Shown: positions 38,498-48,580 of the stretch, in pieces | Numbering within the stretch: position 1 is the first letter of the stretch | How the letters are laid out: each line of letters opens with the position of its first letter | Source: Candidatus Aenigmatarchaeota archaeon | Lineage (GTDB): Archaea > Aenigmatarchaeota > Aenigmatarchaeia > GW2011-AR5 | NCBI GenBank assembly: GCA_016187335.1 | Contig: JACPJW010000001.1 | Location: 352,001 to 416,000 of the forward strand | Reading direction: 5' to 3' | DNA: 64,000 bases | Translations under genes and position numbers: made by a program | The notes under the pieces: model-generated | The model's database searches: none | What the model was told of the DNA's origin: nothing | Seen by the model: only the letters and a program-made list of their open reading frames with translations

Positions 38498-39024
38498 TTA
38501 GGATCAACACGAATCAATTGAGGACTGAACAGTAAGTGATTTCTCAATTTTTGAATGCCTTTGGATATTATTTTTTTCTCCACACGTTTTATTTTTCCGT
38601 CCCAAGGATCGTATAGTTTATACTTACCTGCATTTTCATCTATCAGGACAATATAGTGAGGATAATGAACATTATTTTGGAAAACAAAACAATCCAAGTA
38701 TAAAATTACAGGCCCGTATTTTAGATTCTTTGACACAAAGTCAAGATTTATTTTGGCATGAACCAAGTCTATTTTTTTATTAAATTTAATTTTTGACCAC
38801 GAGCTAAAAAGCGTCTTGCTCTCTAGAAATAGTTTTAATTTTCTATTATATTTCCTGGTAAAATATTCAAGGTGACCTAATGCGAAACTATTTTTGGAAA
38901 ACCTCAGGCTGTAGTTTATGACTTTTAGTTCCCTATTTTTCGTCGGTTTTATTTTAACTGAGTAAAAAAGAGCGCATGCTAAACATGTTTCATAAGTTGT
39001 TTGCCTATAGAATCTTGAAGTCAT
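38494..39024 (-). CDS. Peptidase C39-like papain-fold protein
   Basis: QTTYETCLAC, PHYIVL, YDPWDG; AT-rich. Confidence 0.75.
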   Translation of the reverse strand: MTSRFYRQTTYETCLACALFYSVKIKPTKNRELKVINYSLRFSKNSFALGHLEYFTRKYNRKLKLFLESKTLFSSWSKIKFNKKIDLVHAKINLDFVSKNLKYGPVILYLDCFVFQNNVHYPHYIVLIDENAGKYKLYDPWDGKIKRVEKKIISKGIQKLRNHLLFSPQLIRVDPK

Positions 39025-39025
39025 A

Positions 39026-39703
39026 TTACCACTCAGCTTCAGGATTATCTTTGTTAATCAAAAATCTTTGCGTAGTCGCCCCGCAGAATTTCCGGACGAG
39101 CAAATCAAGCTCTTCCGTCGCTGTCTCTACCATATTGTCGAATCCCTCCAGAACTATGACTGTGTTTTCCGTGTTCTCGGTCAGCTTTGTCTTGTCGGAT
39201 TCTCTCCAGTTCCAGCGCCTGCAAAGAACATTGCCGGCATCGTCGCAATAAATTACCTCGCCTTTATAGGGATTCTCCCGGCTTTCAGAGTTCAGAGGCA
39301 CGAATGTTTCATCGCCTTCGGCAAATCTGAGATAAATATTTCCTTCTATCTTGTCGAGGTCTTCGCCGCCTGCAGGAATAACATATTTCAGGGAGATAAA
39401 ATTGTACAGATCAACTGTCTTGTTGATGTGAGGAATATCCCGCCCTTTCAGGACGCTCCTTATCAATGCTTCCGCAGAAGACCTGTAGTCGCTGGGTTTT
39501 GAACCAAACGACGAATAAATTTTCCTCCAGGAAGAAATTGACGGGTGCTGTAACAGGCCAGATTTTATCGAACCCCGGATTTCTTTCAAAAGCATGCTTA
39601 TTTCCTGGTTCTCGCCATTGTTGTCGATGCCCGCAGCTACGATTACTCCTATCCTGACGTTAGGATATTTTTGAAGCAGCTCCTCAGAAACAACTAATTT
39701 CAT
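39026..39703 (-). CDS. Stand-alone B3/B4 tRNA-editing domain protein
   Basis: YRSSAEAL, INKTVDLYN, GGEDLD, CRRWNWRES. Confidence 0.9.
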   Translation of the reverse strand: MKLVVSEELLQKYPNVRIGVIVAAGIDNNGENQEISMLLKEIRGSIKSGLLQHPSISSWRKIYSSFGSKPSDYRSSAEALIRSVLKGRDIPHINKTVDLYNFISLKYVIPAGGEDLDKIEGNIYLRFAEGDETFVPLNSESRENPYKGEVIYCDDAGNVLCRRWNWRESDKTKLTENTENTVIVLEGFDNMVETATEELDLLVRKFCGATTQRFLINKDNPEAEW

Positions 39704-39767
39704 CAGTATACCTACTAATAATTAGAAAAACGGCTTTAAAAAAAGCAGGAAAATTCTGCAAGAATTT

Positions 39768-40073
39768 TCAGCCGAACAATGAAGCAAGTCCGGACGCCGC
39801 TTCCTCTGCCTTCTTCTCAAGGTCTTCCTCAGGCTCCTTCTTTTCCTCAGTTGCAGCAGGAGCTCCGGCTGTAGGCGCAGCTGCGACAGCAACAGGCATC
39901 GCCGCCTTGCTTATTACCTCGTCGATATTGACGCCTTCCAGTGCAGCTACCAGTGCCTTTACCTTGGCCTCGTCCGGCTGCTCGCCTGCAGCTTGGACAA
40001 CTTTCTTCACGTTGTCCTCATTAACAGGCTTGCCAGCGGAATGAAGCAGCAGTGCGCTGTATACGTAGTTCAT
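39768..40073 (-). CDS. rpl12: 50S ribosomal protein P1 (aL12)
   Basis: [19 protein letters not shown]. Confidence 0.97.
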   Translation of the reverse strand: MNYVYSALLLHSAGKPVNEDNVKKVVQAAGEQPDEAKVKALVAALEGVNIDEVISKAAMPVAVAAAPTAGAPAATEEKKEPEEDLEKKAEEAASGLASLFG

Positions 40074-40076
40074 TTT

Positions 40077-40916
40077 TTAGCCTCCTATTTGTTCAAATGA
40101 TTTTGATTCTCTGACTGCTTTGAGCAGCAGTTCATTGATGAATTCTTTCTCAAGTATGTTCGCTTCTATGCAAAGTGATCTGGTTTCAATGTACGCTTTT
40201 TGCAGTATCATTTCCATTGTGAGCTTTGTCGGATATACCGTGTTCACAGATAAATTGACTGCCCTGTGAACACACTGGATCAGTTCGCCCGTATACCATG
40301 ACTGGTCTATATCAAGAACATCCTTTGTGTATACAGTCCCGCTTTCATAAGACGCAACGAGGTCAAGGCCTATTTCCATAGGCTCCATTTTGAGCATGTT
40401 GAAAACGTTGACCATGTCTTCCGTTATCCTTTCACCGGCCTTTGCCACAAGCTTATCCTGCATGACAGCTATCTTGCCGGCCTGCACCGAGGTTTTCAGG
40501 CCTATCTTCTGCAGCGATGATATGGCAGGCCCGGGCGGCAGCGGCGTCGGGCCCTTAGGTATGACAATGTCGGACGGCGCAATGTCCCCGGCTTTTGCAG
40601 GCGCCGGCGACCTTGACTCTTTGAGTATTTTGTACAGACGGAAAGGATTGTCGTTGCTGAGGATGAGCGCAGGTTCCCCTTGTATTTTTTCCTTCAGGCT
40701 GCTTAAACCGGACTTTTCAAGGGCCCTGACAATCATGCTTTTCTTGCTCATCTTTATCACTGCTGATTCGCGCAAGGAGATCCTTATTTTCTGGAGTTGC
40801 CTGGCCGGAAGCTTGTGCATGTTAAGAATGCCCATAACAGAGTATTCCTTTATCAGGCGCGCAATTTCTTCAACTTCTTCAGGTTTTTTTGCCTTCAGCA
40901 TGGAATCACCATTCAA
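40077..40916 (-). CDS. rpl10: 50S ribosomal protein uL10/P0
   Basis: LPARQLQKIR, PAKAGDIAP, GPTPLPPGP; no C-terminal acidic tail. Confidence 0.95.
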   Translation of the reverse strand: MNGDSMLKAKKPEEVEEIARLIKEYSVMGILNMHKLPARQLQKIRISLRESAVIKMSKKSMIVRALEKSGLSSLKEKIQGEPALILSNDNPFRLYKILKESRSPAPAKAGDIAPSDIVIPKGPTPLPPGPAISSLQKIGLKTSVQAGKIAVMQDKLVAKAGERITEDMVNVFNMLKMEPMEIGLDLVASYESGTVYTKDVLDIDQSWYTGELIQCVHRAVNLSVNTVYPTKLTMEMILQKAYIETRSLCIEANILEKEFINELLLKAVRESKSFEQIGG

Positions 40917-41511
40917 TTTTCACAGGACTGCTCATGGTAGTTTTCAGGTAAACGTTTCTTATCTGGTTCTTCCCCTTTGGAAGGGTCTTTGATATTTCAT
41001 CAAGTATTTTTTCGGCATTCTCCTTTATCTGCTGGTCAGACATTTTTTCATTTCCAGTGTAGACGTGCACGACAGGGTAATCCCTGACCCGCGCCCTGAC
41101 TGAATTTTTTAATTCGTTGACAGAGGCATTATGGTCCCTCCCGGGCGGAAGCAGCTTGGGCATTTTGCCGCGGGGGGCGAGATATTTGCCCAGCAGCTTG
41201 CCCACCAGGGGCATCAGGGGCGCTTCGCATACAAGAAACTCGTAATTTTTCACAAGTTCCCTCACTTTTTTCTTGTCCGCAGCAATACTCTCAATTTCAG
41301 CCTTGTTTATGCCGCCGGGAATCCTGTCAGAAATAATCCCGACACTGATTTCTTTCTCGCGGCCGTGAGGAAGCTGGATTTCTTTGGAAAACTTGTTTTC
41401 CGGTTTTTTCAGGTCAATATTTTTCAGATTGATGATTAAATCAAAGCTTTGGCTAAATTTGCACTTTTTGCCGTTTGTTCTGATATGTGATATTGCTTCC
41501 TGCAGTTTCAT
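40906..41511 (-). CDS. rpl1: 50S ribosomal protein uL1
   Basis: KFSQSFDLIINLK, LGKYLAPRGKMP, KTTMS. Confidence 0.96.
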   Translation of the reverse strand: MKLQEAISHIRTNGKKCKFSQSFDLIINLKNIDLKKPENKFSKEIQLPHGREKEISVGIISDRIPGGINKAEIESIAADKKKVRELVKNYEFLVCEAPLMPLVGKLLGKYLAPRGKMPKLLPPGRDHNASVNELKNSVRARVRDYPVVHVYTGNEKMSDQQIKENAEKILDEISKTLPKGKNQIRNVYLKTTMSSPVKIEW

Positions 41512-41524
41512 CTTAAAAACCCTC

Positions 41525-41558
41525 CTACAGGGAAAATCAGTCAGCCTGAATCCTGTAG
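41525..41558 (-). promoter_or_regulatory. Hairpin abutting the rpl1 Shine-Dalgarno sequence
   Basis: CTACAGG/CCTGTAG 7-bp stem with inner UCAG/CUGA; the last stem base is the first G of GGAGG. Confidence 0.4.
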
Positions 41559-41590
41559 TAAATTGGGTACTATTTTTAGTCAGTCAAAGC

Positions 41591-42082
41591 TTAAAAATGC
41601 ATTTTGCTGTCGTATACGCCTTCGTCTATTTCTTTCGTCACAACCTTCGGATCCTTGCCGTCAACAGTAACTCCGCATGATACGCACGTTCCTAATACCT
41701 GCTTAACTTTTTCTTTCATCGTAGTGCCACCAAGAGAGTCCTCTTTGGATTTTGATATTCTCACTATCGCGTCAAAAGGCAGGTCGCCAGCCAGCTTTCT
41801 TTGCTTGTTTTCATCCACCGTTGCTAATTTCTGCGCGTTCAGCTCTTTTCTTAGCATGCTGGAAACGGGCGGCGTGCCTACGGATATCGTATATTTCTTC
41901 GTTTCCGTATCCACAATCACTTTAACTGGAACCTGCATGCCTCCGAATGATTTTGTTTTATCATTTATCTGCGCCACAACTTCGCCCACATTTATTTTAA
42001 GCGGCGCCAGCGAAGGTCCTAAAGGCGGCGCAGGCGTTGCCTTGCCGCCTTCTACAAGCACTTCAACGGTTTCTTTGGACAT
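41591..42082 (-). CDS. rpl11: 50S ribosomal protein uL11
   Basis: GGKATPAPPLGP, GTPPVS, GTCVSCG. Confidence 0.97.
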   Translation of the reverse strand: MSKETVEVLVEGGKATPAPPLGPSLAPLKINVGEVVAQINDKTKSFGGMQVPVKVIVDTETKKYTISVGTPPVSSMLRKELNAQKLATVDENKQRKLAGDLPFDAIVRISKSKEDSLGGTTMKEKVKQVLGTCVSCGVTVDGKDPKVVTKEIDEGVYDSKMHF

Positions 42083-42084
42083 GT

Positions 42085-42528
42085 TTATTCCTTTTTCTTT
42101 TTTTCGTACATTCTTACGGAATTCACGGATATCGTGACAGGTATCGGTATTGCAGCTTCAAGAAATTCAACAGTGATTTCACTCTTCGTTTCGTCAACGC
42201 GCGTTATCTTTCCTTTCTCTCCTCTGAAAGGCCCGCCGACAATTTCTACTACATCCCCGACTTCAAATTTGATCTCGCGTTTTTCGGCAACTATGAACTT
42301 TTCCAGATGATCTATGGAAACGTCCTTGTTTATCAGGCCTCGTATGTGGGGTATCCCCTTTGTCGCGGCTTCTATATTTTCCGATTCGCCCTCAATGAAT
42401 ATGTAGCCCCGCAGTTCTTCCGGATGGAGCAAAGACTTGATGGGTATGTTCTGCTTCTTAACGCGGGCCGCTACGGATTCAAGCACGATGTTTTCTCTTC
42501 CTGTAGTCGTTCTTACAGTTGCTATCAT
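42085..42528 (-). CDS. spt5: Transcription elongation factor Spt5/NusG
   Basis: VRTTTGRE, LRGYIFIE, KOW GGPFRGEKGKI. Confidence 0.97.
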   Translation of the reverse strand: MIATVRTTTGRENIVLESVAARVKKQNIPIKSLLHPEELRGYIFIEGESENIEAATKGIPHIRGLINKDVSIDHLEKFIVAEKREIKFEVGDVVEIVGGPFRGEKGKITRVDETKSEITVEFLEAAIPIPVTISVNSVRMYEKKKKE

Positions 42529-42557
42529 AATACACCTCGTTTCATGAGTCGTACATT

Positions 42558-42734
42558 TTATAGTCCGCCAATTAGCTGCACAAGCAGAAATATTGCAAAT
42601 CCAACGACACCCAGAATGACCATGCCAACGCCTGTAATTTTTATGGATTGCCGGAATTCATGCTTGTCGGGCTTGTTACTGACAAGCAGAACCCTTCTGG
42701 CCTGCTGAATAAAGCCGGAGATTTTAGAAATCAT
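42558..42734 (-). CDS. secE: Protein translocase SecE/Sec61-gamma (58 aa)
   Basis: RRVLLVSNKPDKHEF..ITGVGMVILGVVGF; canonical ftsZ-secE-spt5 order. Confidence 0.93.
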   Translation of the reverse strand: MISKISGFIQQARRVLLVSNKPDKHEFRQSIKITGVGMVILGVVGFAIFLLVQLIGGL

Positions 42735-42779
42735 AGAAAATATTTATGCGTAAAGGTTAAAAACCAAGAAAACAGCAAA

Positions 42780-43856
42780 TCACTGGACAAAATCTATACC
42801 GAACATCTGCTCTATTTCTTTCTTCCTGTCTTTACCGATCATATGCTGGGTATACATCTTCGGCGACTTGGCACCGGTGATTATTACCATCGTTCTGACC
42901 GAGTCGCCTAATTCCTTTACAATCTGGGCGCCCCATATGATTTTTGCTTCCGGATTGAGCTTGGTCGCAACGGCTTCCACGATTTTCTGGCATTCTCTTA
43001 TTGTTATGTCAACGCCGCCGGAAACATTTATGAGGGCCCCACTCGCGCCTTCAATGTCAACATCAAGAAGCGGATTGTTCAAAGCGCGCTCTATCGCCTC
43101 CGTTGCCCTGTTCTCGGCTTCGCTGTCGCCCATGCCTATCATGGCCAGGCCGCCGCCGCTCATTACTGCCCGGACATCGGCGAAATCTAAATTCACCAAG
43201 CCAGGCCTTGTTACAAGTTCGGTGACGCCTTTTACGGCATTGACAAGAATTTCATCAGCCACTTTAAAGGCGGTTGTCAAAGAGACGTCTGGCACTATTT
43301 CAATCAGTTTATCGTTGGGTATAACAATAAGGGTATCAACTATTTTTTCCAGTTTCTCCAGACCGCCCGCGGCATTTGTCATCCTCTGCCTTCCTTCCAT
43401 CGAGAATGGCAGTGTAACCACGCCTACCGTCAGCGCACCGGCTTTTTTCGCAATGTCAGCAACAATAGGCGCCGAGCCTGTTCCTGTTCCGCCCCCAAGG
43501 CCGCATGTGACAAAAACAAGGTCTGTGCCTTCAAGAACTTTTTTTACATCGTTCTTGCTTTCCTTGGCAGCTTCCTCGCCTATGCGGGGGTCGGCGCCTG
43601 CACCAAGGCCTCCTGTGATTTCCTTTCCAATAAGTATTTTCACGTCGGCATCCGTGTAAAGAAGGTCCTGCGCATCTGTATTCACAGCGATTGTTTCCGC
43701 GCCAACGATGCCCACCTGCATAAGCCTGGAAATAGTATTGCCGCCGGCGCCGCCGCAGCCTATAACTTTTATTTCCGCCTTCTTGTTTTCCAAAAGTTTT
43801 TTCAGTTCTTCGTCTACCGGAGCAGTTCCAATATCCTTAGAAGAGAGAATGCCCAT
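42780..43856 (-). CDS. ftsZ: Cell division protein FtsZ (FtsZ1 type)
   Basis: GGAGGN, GLGGGTGTG, NLDFAD; linked to secE-spt5. Confidence 0.98.
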   Translation of the reverse strand: MGILSSKDIGTAPVDEELKKLLENKKAEIKVIGCGGAGGNTISRLMQVGIVGAETIAVNTDAQDLLYTDADVKILIGKEITGGLGAGADPRIGEEAAKESKNDVKKVLEGTDLVFVTCGLGGGTGTGSAPIVADIAKKAGALTVGVVTLPFSMEGRQRMTNAAGGLEKLEKIVDTLIVIPNDKLIEIVPDVSLTTAFKVADEILVNAVKGVTELVTRPGLVNLDFADVRAVMSGGGLAMIGMGDSEAENRATEAIERALNNPLLDVDIEGASGALINVSGGVDITIRECQKIVEAVATKLNPEAKIIWGAQIVKELGDSVRTMVIITGAKSPKMYTQHMIGKDRKKEIEQMFGIDFVQ

Positions 43857-43986
43857 TAAACCACTTTAACATATTATACGTCCCAGATATTTAAGCTTTC
43901 GGCGCGGTTTTTTTGGTTTGCGAACAAGCTTTAAATAATAGTAGTAGTAATAAGAGTAGTAGGAGAAATGTAAGGGAGACGTAATT

Positions 43987-44109
43987 GTGAAGCTAAGGTG
44001 TACGAAGTGCGATCATTCTTGGGAAACTAGGAAGGATTCCATGCCGGTTTTATGCCCAAGGTGCAAGTACAGTCTGTACTATCATAAACCTATAATCATA
44101 AAGAAGTAG
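43987..44109 (+). CDS. Small Zn-finger protein (40 aa)
   Basis: GTG start with GGGAG RBS; MKLRCTKCDHSW..LCPRCKY; TATA at 43931. Confidence 0.7.
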   Translation: MKLRCTKCDHSWETRKDSMPVLCPRCKYSLYYHKPIIIKK

Positions 44110-44755
44110 GCCTTTCGAAGACTTCCACGAATTTAACGGCTTTAGCTTTGGTATCAACAAACTTCATGACAAGGTAGATTATCCTTTCCTTTATTTCCAA
44201 AGGCAGCTTGTATTTCGTCTGCAATTCCATTTCCTCGCCGAATTTCGCCCTGAGATCGTCCACGCCGAAGAATTCTCCTATTGCCTTTACCTTTTCGTCA
44301 TCATTTTCTATTTTTCCCATTATCTCCAGATCATACCTCAGGATTTTCCCGGAAAGAGGATTGTTGAAGTCAACGCGCACGCGTCCGCCTGTAACGCTTT
44401 GCACCCTCCCTTTCATATCCCCAAAGTCAACTATCATGCCCTGCTTGGGCTCAATATTCTGCTGTTCAAAGACCTTCTCCGGAATTACCTTGATAAACTT
44501 TGGGTCTCTCTGGCCGAAACCGTCCTCAGGGTTTATCTCCACCGTGCGCTTTTCTCCGACTTTCATTTCTTCCAGCGCCTTTTCCATGCCCTTTATCACG
44601 AACCCGCCGCCGACTACAACGGGCACAGGGCCGTATTTTACCTTGGGGTTGTAGATGTTCTCCTTTTTAGCCACATCTTCGAATGTCAAGTCGAATATCT
44701 CGCCGGTTTCAAGGCGCCCTATATAGTTTATTTTTACGAAATCCCCCTTTTCCAT
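44096..44755 (-). CDS. slyD: FKBP-type peptidyl-prolyl isomerase (SlyD-like)
   Basis: GEIFD, GFVIKGME, VRVDFNNPLSGK; start placed at MEKGDF. Confidence 0.93.
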   Translation of the reverse strand: MEKGDFVKINYIGRLETGEIFDLTFEDVAKKENIYNPKVKYGPVPVVVGGGFVIKGMEKALEEMKVGEKRTVEINPEDGFGQRDPKFIKVIPEKVFEQQNIEPKQGMIVDFGDMKGRVQSVTGGRVRVDFNNPLSGKILRYDLEIMGKIENDDEKVKAIGEFFGVDDLRAKFGEEMELQTKYKLPLEIKERIIYLVMKFVDTKAKAVKFVEVFERPTSL

Positions 44756-44902
44756 AAAATCACTCTTTAAACTTGGCAAAAATGCTTAAATTCATAGTTT
44801 TGATGAACAAAAAACCAACATGCATCAATTACAGGTGAATCACGCAAAACTCCCGAGGAAATCTTTTATAGATTGTTCCTGTTAGAAATATCAAGTGATT
44901 GC

Positions 44903-45190
44903 ATGCTCATAAAATCCACGAAGGACTGGAAGCAGTTTCTTGACTCGGAAGACGAGGAAAGGCTTAACCGCCTTTTGAAGGAAGCGGCGAAATACAGGGG
45001 GGCTTACAGGAATGCGGATGACGTTAAAATAGCGCAGCTTTGGTCGGCTTTGCTGGAAATGAAAAAAGAGAATGACAGCCTGAAAAGAAGGGTTGATGAC
45101 ATGGAGAGCATTTTTGAATTCGTTTACTCCAAAATGAAAAAAAAGCATGAAGAAAGGGAAGAGCTTTTCAAAAGCCTGGAAAAATTTTAA
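44903..45190 (+). CDS. Conserved hypothetical coiled-coil protein
   Basis: KYRGAYRNADDVKIAQLWSAL pattern; host-like codons. Confidence 0.7.
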   Translation: MLIKSTKDWKQFLDSEDEERLNRLLKEAAKYRGAYRNADDVKIAQLWSALLEMKKENDSLKRRVDDMESIFEFVYSKMKKKHEEREELFKSLEKF

Positions 45191-45224
45191 TAATCAGCAA
45201 AAACATATATTTCAGGTGAATGCA

Positions 45225-45707
45225 ATGCCGATAGCAGGAAATCCTTTAGGGGATTCTAATCCCGACCCAATTAGATGGGATATTTCAACAGCAATGCTTG
45301 TTCTGGCTAAATATAAGGATACAAACGGCGCTTATGTTCCTGATGAAGAAGAAACAGCATCATTAGCAAAGGCAGTTGATTATCTAAGAACAGGACTTCG
45401 CCCGAGAGTAGATCCATTTTCCACAGTGATAGAAGCGGATGAACTAAGGGCGTATGCGGTAATAGACAGGGCTGCTTCTAGAGAAGGTTTCACAAGGGAA
45501 AAATTAGGAACATACACCTCAATGTTGGAGGACCTGTCAAAAGGAAATCCGCTTAGACACGAATTCGCAGATGGAATCATGGAATTCCTTTCAAGTGTAT
45601 TGAGAAGTTCATTGGAAATGGAAGAGGAAGAAGAACGATTTAGGAACATTATATCTGGGCGCGGCCACGAGCCGTACACCGATTATTTTATGAACCATCA
45701 ACCCTGA
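45225..45707 (+). CDS. Orphan hypothetical protein
   Basis: AGGTGA RBS, 160 aa, AT-richer. Confidence 0.65.
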   Translation: MPIAGNPLGDSNPDPIRWDISTAMLVLAKYKDTNGAYVPDEEETASLAKAVDYLRTGLRPRVDPFSTVIEADELRAYAVIDRAASREGFTREKLGTYTSMLEDLSKGNPLRHEFADGIMEFLSSVLRSSLEMEEEEERFRNIISGRGHEPYTDYFMNHQP

Positions 45708-45709
45708 AA

Positions 45710-48535
45710 TCATTCTACAAATATGCCCAGTTTCTGAGGCGTTGCCTGCTTTGCCTTAGAGTTATCGGACTTCGAAGCGTCTATCACTTCAATGGAACAG
45801 ATGAATTCTTTTTCCAGAAGCTGTTTCGCTTCGCCGAAAACCTGAAACTGCCTGCTTCTGGGAATCACAGGCTTCAGTTCGTTTATCTTGTTGTAAAGAG
45901 CCTGTATGAATGATATCGTCGCCTTGCCGTAAGCTCCGGTCTCCATTATCTCCTTTGTTATGTCGTTTATGGGCCTGTTTTTCCCTGCCAAGACTTTTTT
46001 ATAAACGCGGAATTTCCATTCGTCTGCAATGAACAGCGATATTTTTTTCGGCTTTATTCCGGCTATCTTTATTATCTGCTCAGCATCTTCCAGGGTTGAT
46101 AATATCATTTCCTCGGCTTTTTCAGATTCTTCGCTTTCCGCAGCAGCATCTGAAACAGGCCATTCGGCAGTTGCTGCAAAGCCTTTTCCACCAAGCATCT
46201 GCCACATTTCCTCGCAGATGTGGGGCGTTGCCGGGGTTATAAGCTTTATCGTAGTTTCCAGAGCGTTCCTGAGAATTTTCTTGTTGGCATTTCTGATATC
46301 TCCGCTTCTTCTGATATACCACCGCAGGGCATTTGTAGTTTCAAAAAGGGCGTAATGGACAGCGGTGCGAAATCTGGTTTCTTCGCAGTTTTCCGTGGCG
46401 TTTTTTATTATTTTCTGCATTCTGCTTTGGAGATAACTGTCGACATTTGAAATATTTTTTGACCCGGCTTTTTTGATGCCTTTGCATAAATCAAAAAGGA
46501 ATTCTATGCGCGACCTGTAGCTCTTTATGTTTTCAGAGCGCCAGTCAGCGTCGTCTATTCCTTCAGAAGAAGCCACGATGTTTATCCTTACCAAATCAGC
46601 ACCGTAATCCTTGAGCAGATTGTGCAGCGGTATTATGTTGCCCCTGCTTTTGGACATCTTTTCCCCTTCCACGTTGACGAAGCCGTTAACGCCGATGCTT
46701 CGGGGCCATTTTGCCTCAGGGAATATGGCAGCGTGATGGAACAAGAAGAAAGTCAGGTGATTCTGTATCAGGTCCTTGCCGCTGCCGCGGAAATCCACTG
46801 GGTAGAAATGATCGAATTCATGCTTCATCTCTTTGATAAGTTTTGGATTCAGCTTTGCCCTTTTGGAAATATCTTTAGGATTCCCTTTGCCCAGAAATAC
46901 GTAGTCGAACACCTCATCCGTAAGCTTTTTCGCTGGAATTTTCCTTTTGTTTATTGTTTTGGCTATTGTATAGTAAGCCATGTATATTGTCGAGTCGCTC
47001 AGGGTTTCTACAATCCATGAAGGGTCCCATGGAAGCGGAGTGCCCATCCCGCTTTTCCTCGTGCACGCCTTGTCTTTCAGCCAGTCTATTGTATTTTCGA
47101 AATTGTTTCTTGCCTCTTCCGGGTATATTGCCATTTTTTTCAAATGACTTCTTACGGCATTTTTCCACTTTTCATCGGAGAATTTCAGGAACCATTGGTT
47201 CTCCAGAATTTTCACGTGGTTCTTCGTCGTGCATCTGCAGACAACCTTGCCTGTTGTTTCCCACATTATGTCGGCAATCCCGGCCTGGACGAAGTTCTTT
47301 ATCAGGTATTCCTTGACGTCGCTCACTTTCATGCCGGCAAAAGCGCCGCATTTTTCATTAAGCAAGCCCGTATGGAACTCCTTTTTGTACACGGCGGAAG
47401 TGGCTTCTTCCAGTTTCTGGATGTCTTTCAGGGATTTTATGCCAGTTTTTTCGCTTACCTTTACAGCGGGTGCTTCGCCTAGCTCGGAATCTATAATTGA
47501 TACGGGCTCCAGTTCATCTTTCGTCGCGTTATATAATCCAAGCTCGTCTTTGTCAATAAGTTCTTTCAGAGCAACCCAGTCGTACGGAGCGTGCGCGGGG
47601 ACGCTCATCACTATGCCTGTCGCGTTATCAGGATTGACAAAAGCTGCAGGCAGAATGGGTATTTCCTTGTTGCCCAGCGGCTCAAGGCACCGCTTGCCTA
47701 AAAGTTCCTCGCCCTTTATCTTTGTTATTATTTCAACAGTTTTCAGCTGGTCTTTCAGCTTCGCGGCGGCTTCCTCGCTTATAATCCAGACTTCATTGTC
47801 CACTTTTGCTTTCACGTATTCCACAGCGGGATTGACCCAGATGTTCGTCACGCCGTAGATTGTTTCCGGCCTCAGCGTTCCGCAGGGCAGGAAAGCATCC
47901 TTGAAGCGGAACTTGAGCAATGTGAAATCAACAGGCGATTCGCCTTCCCCTTCAAGCCGGTCATGGTCGCCTGTCGGGCTCTGGTCATGAGGGCACCATA
48001 TCACCGGGTGTGTTCCCTGGACAACGTAGCCTTTCTTTCTGAGTGTATTGTATTGCCATTCAATGAACCGCGAATAAGCCGGCGTCATCTGCGTCGTCAC
48101 GAAAGTCCTGCGCCAGTCTATGGACATCCCGCCGAGCTTGAACGCTTCAATCCATTTTTTCATCCAGAACCGCACGATATATTTGACATCCTTCCTGAAC
48201 TTTGCAATATCCCGCTCGCTTGCGCCGAACTCTTTCATGGTTTCGATTTGCGTTTTATCGCCTTTTTTCAGCCGTTCCTGCAGTCCTAAAATCGGCTCGC
48301 CCGTGGCATGGAAGCCCTGCGGATAAAGTACGTTGAAGCCCTGCATTCTTTTGTAACGGGCGTAGAAATCGCAGCGGAACGAAGAATAAGAATGCCCTAT
48401 GTGAGGCGCACCGTTGACGTATGGGTAAGGAAACGTTATGAAGAACTTCTTCCGCTTCTCGGGATCCGCTTCAAATAAATGTTTCCTGTCCCATTTCTTC
48501 TGCCACTTCTTCTCGATTTTCTTGAAATTTAGCAT
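45710..48535 (-). CDS. leuS: Leucyl-tRNA synthetase
   Basis: PYVNGAPHIGH, TLRPET, KMSKSRGN. Confidence 0.98.
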   Translation of the reverse strand: MLNFKKIEKKWQKKWDRKHLFEADPEKRKKFFITFPYPYVNGAPHIGHSYSSFRCDFYARYKRMQGFNVLYPQGFHATGEPILGLQERLKKGDKTQIETMKEFGASERDIAKFRKDVKYIVRFWMKKWIEAFKLGGMSIDWRRTFVTTQMTPAYSRFIEWQYNTLRKKGYVVQGTHPVIWCPHDQSPTGDHDRLEGEGESPVDFTLLKFRFKDAFLPCGTLRPETIYGVTNIWVNPAVEYVKAKVDNEVWIISEEAAAKLKDQLKTVEIITKIKGEELLGKRCLEPLGNKEIPILPAAFVNPDNATGIVMSVPAHAPYDWVALKELIDKDELGLYNATKDELEPVSIIDSELGEAPAVKVSEKTGIKSLKDIQKLEEATSAVYKKEFHTGLLNEKCGAFAGMKVSDVKEYLIKNFVQAGIADIMWETTGKVVCRCTTKNHVKILENQWFLKFSDEKWKNAVRSHLKKMAIYPEEARNNFENTIDWLKDKACTRKSGMGTPLPWDPSWIVETLSDSTIYMAYYTIAKTINKRKIPAKKLTDEVFDYVFLGKGNPKDISKRAKLNPKLIKEMKHEFDHFYPVDFRGSGKDLIQNHLTFFLFHHAAIFPEAKWPRSIGVNGFVNVEGEKMSKSRGNIIPLHNLLKDYGADLVRINIVASSEGIDDADWRSENIKSYRSRIEFLFDLCKGIKKAGSKNISNVDSYLQSRMQKIIKNATENCEETRFRTAVHYALFETTNALRWYIRRSGDIRNANKKILRNALETTIKLITPATPHICEEMWQMLGGKGFAATAEWPVSDAAAESEESEKAEEMILSTLEDAEQIIKIAGIKPKKISLFIADEWKFRVYKKVLAGKNRPINDITKEIMETGAYGKATISFIQALYNKINELKPVIPRSRQFQVFGEAKQLLEKEFICSIEVIDASKSDNSKAKQATPQKLGIFVE

Positions 48536-48580
48536 AGCAAACACTTATGTTATTTTAACCTAGACTGATAAATTTAAGAA

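Noticed and set aside
43938-43962. (TAG)n tract as a fourth copy of the orphan operator
   Set aside because: It consists of direct rather than inverted repeats and lacks the TTACYA half-site.
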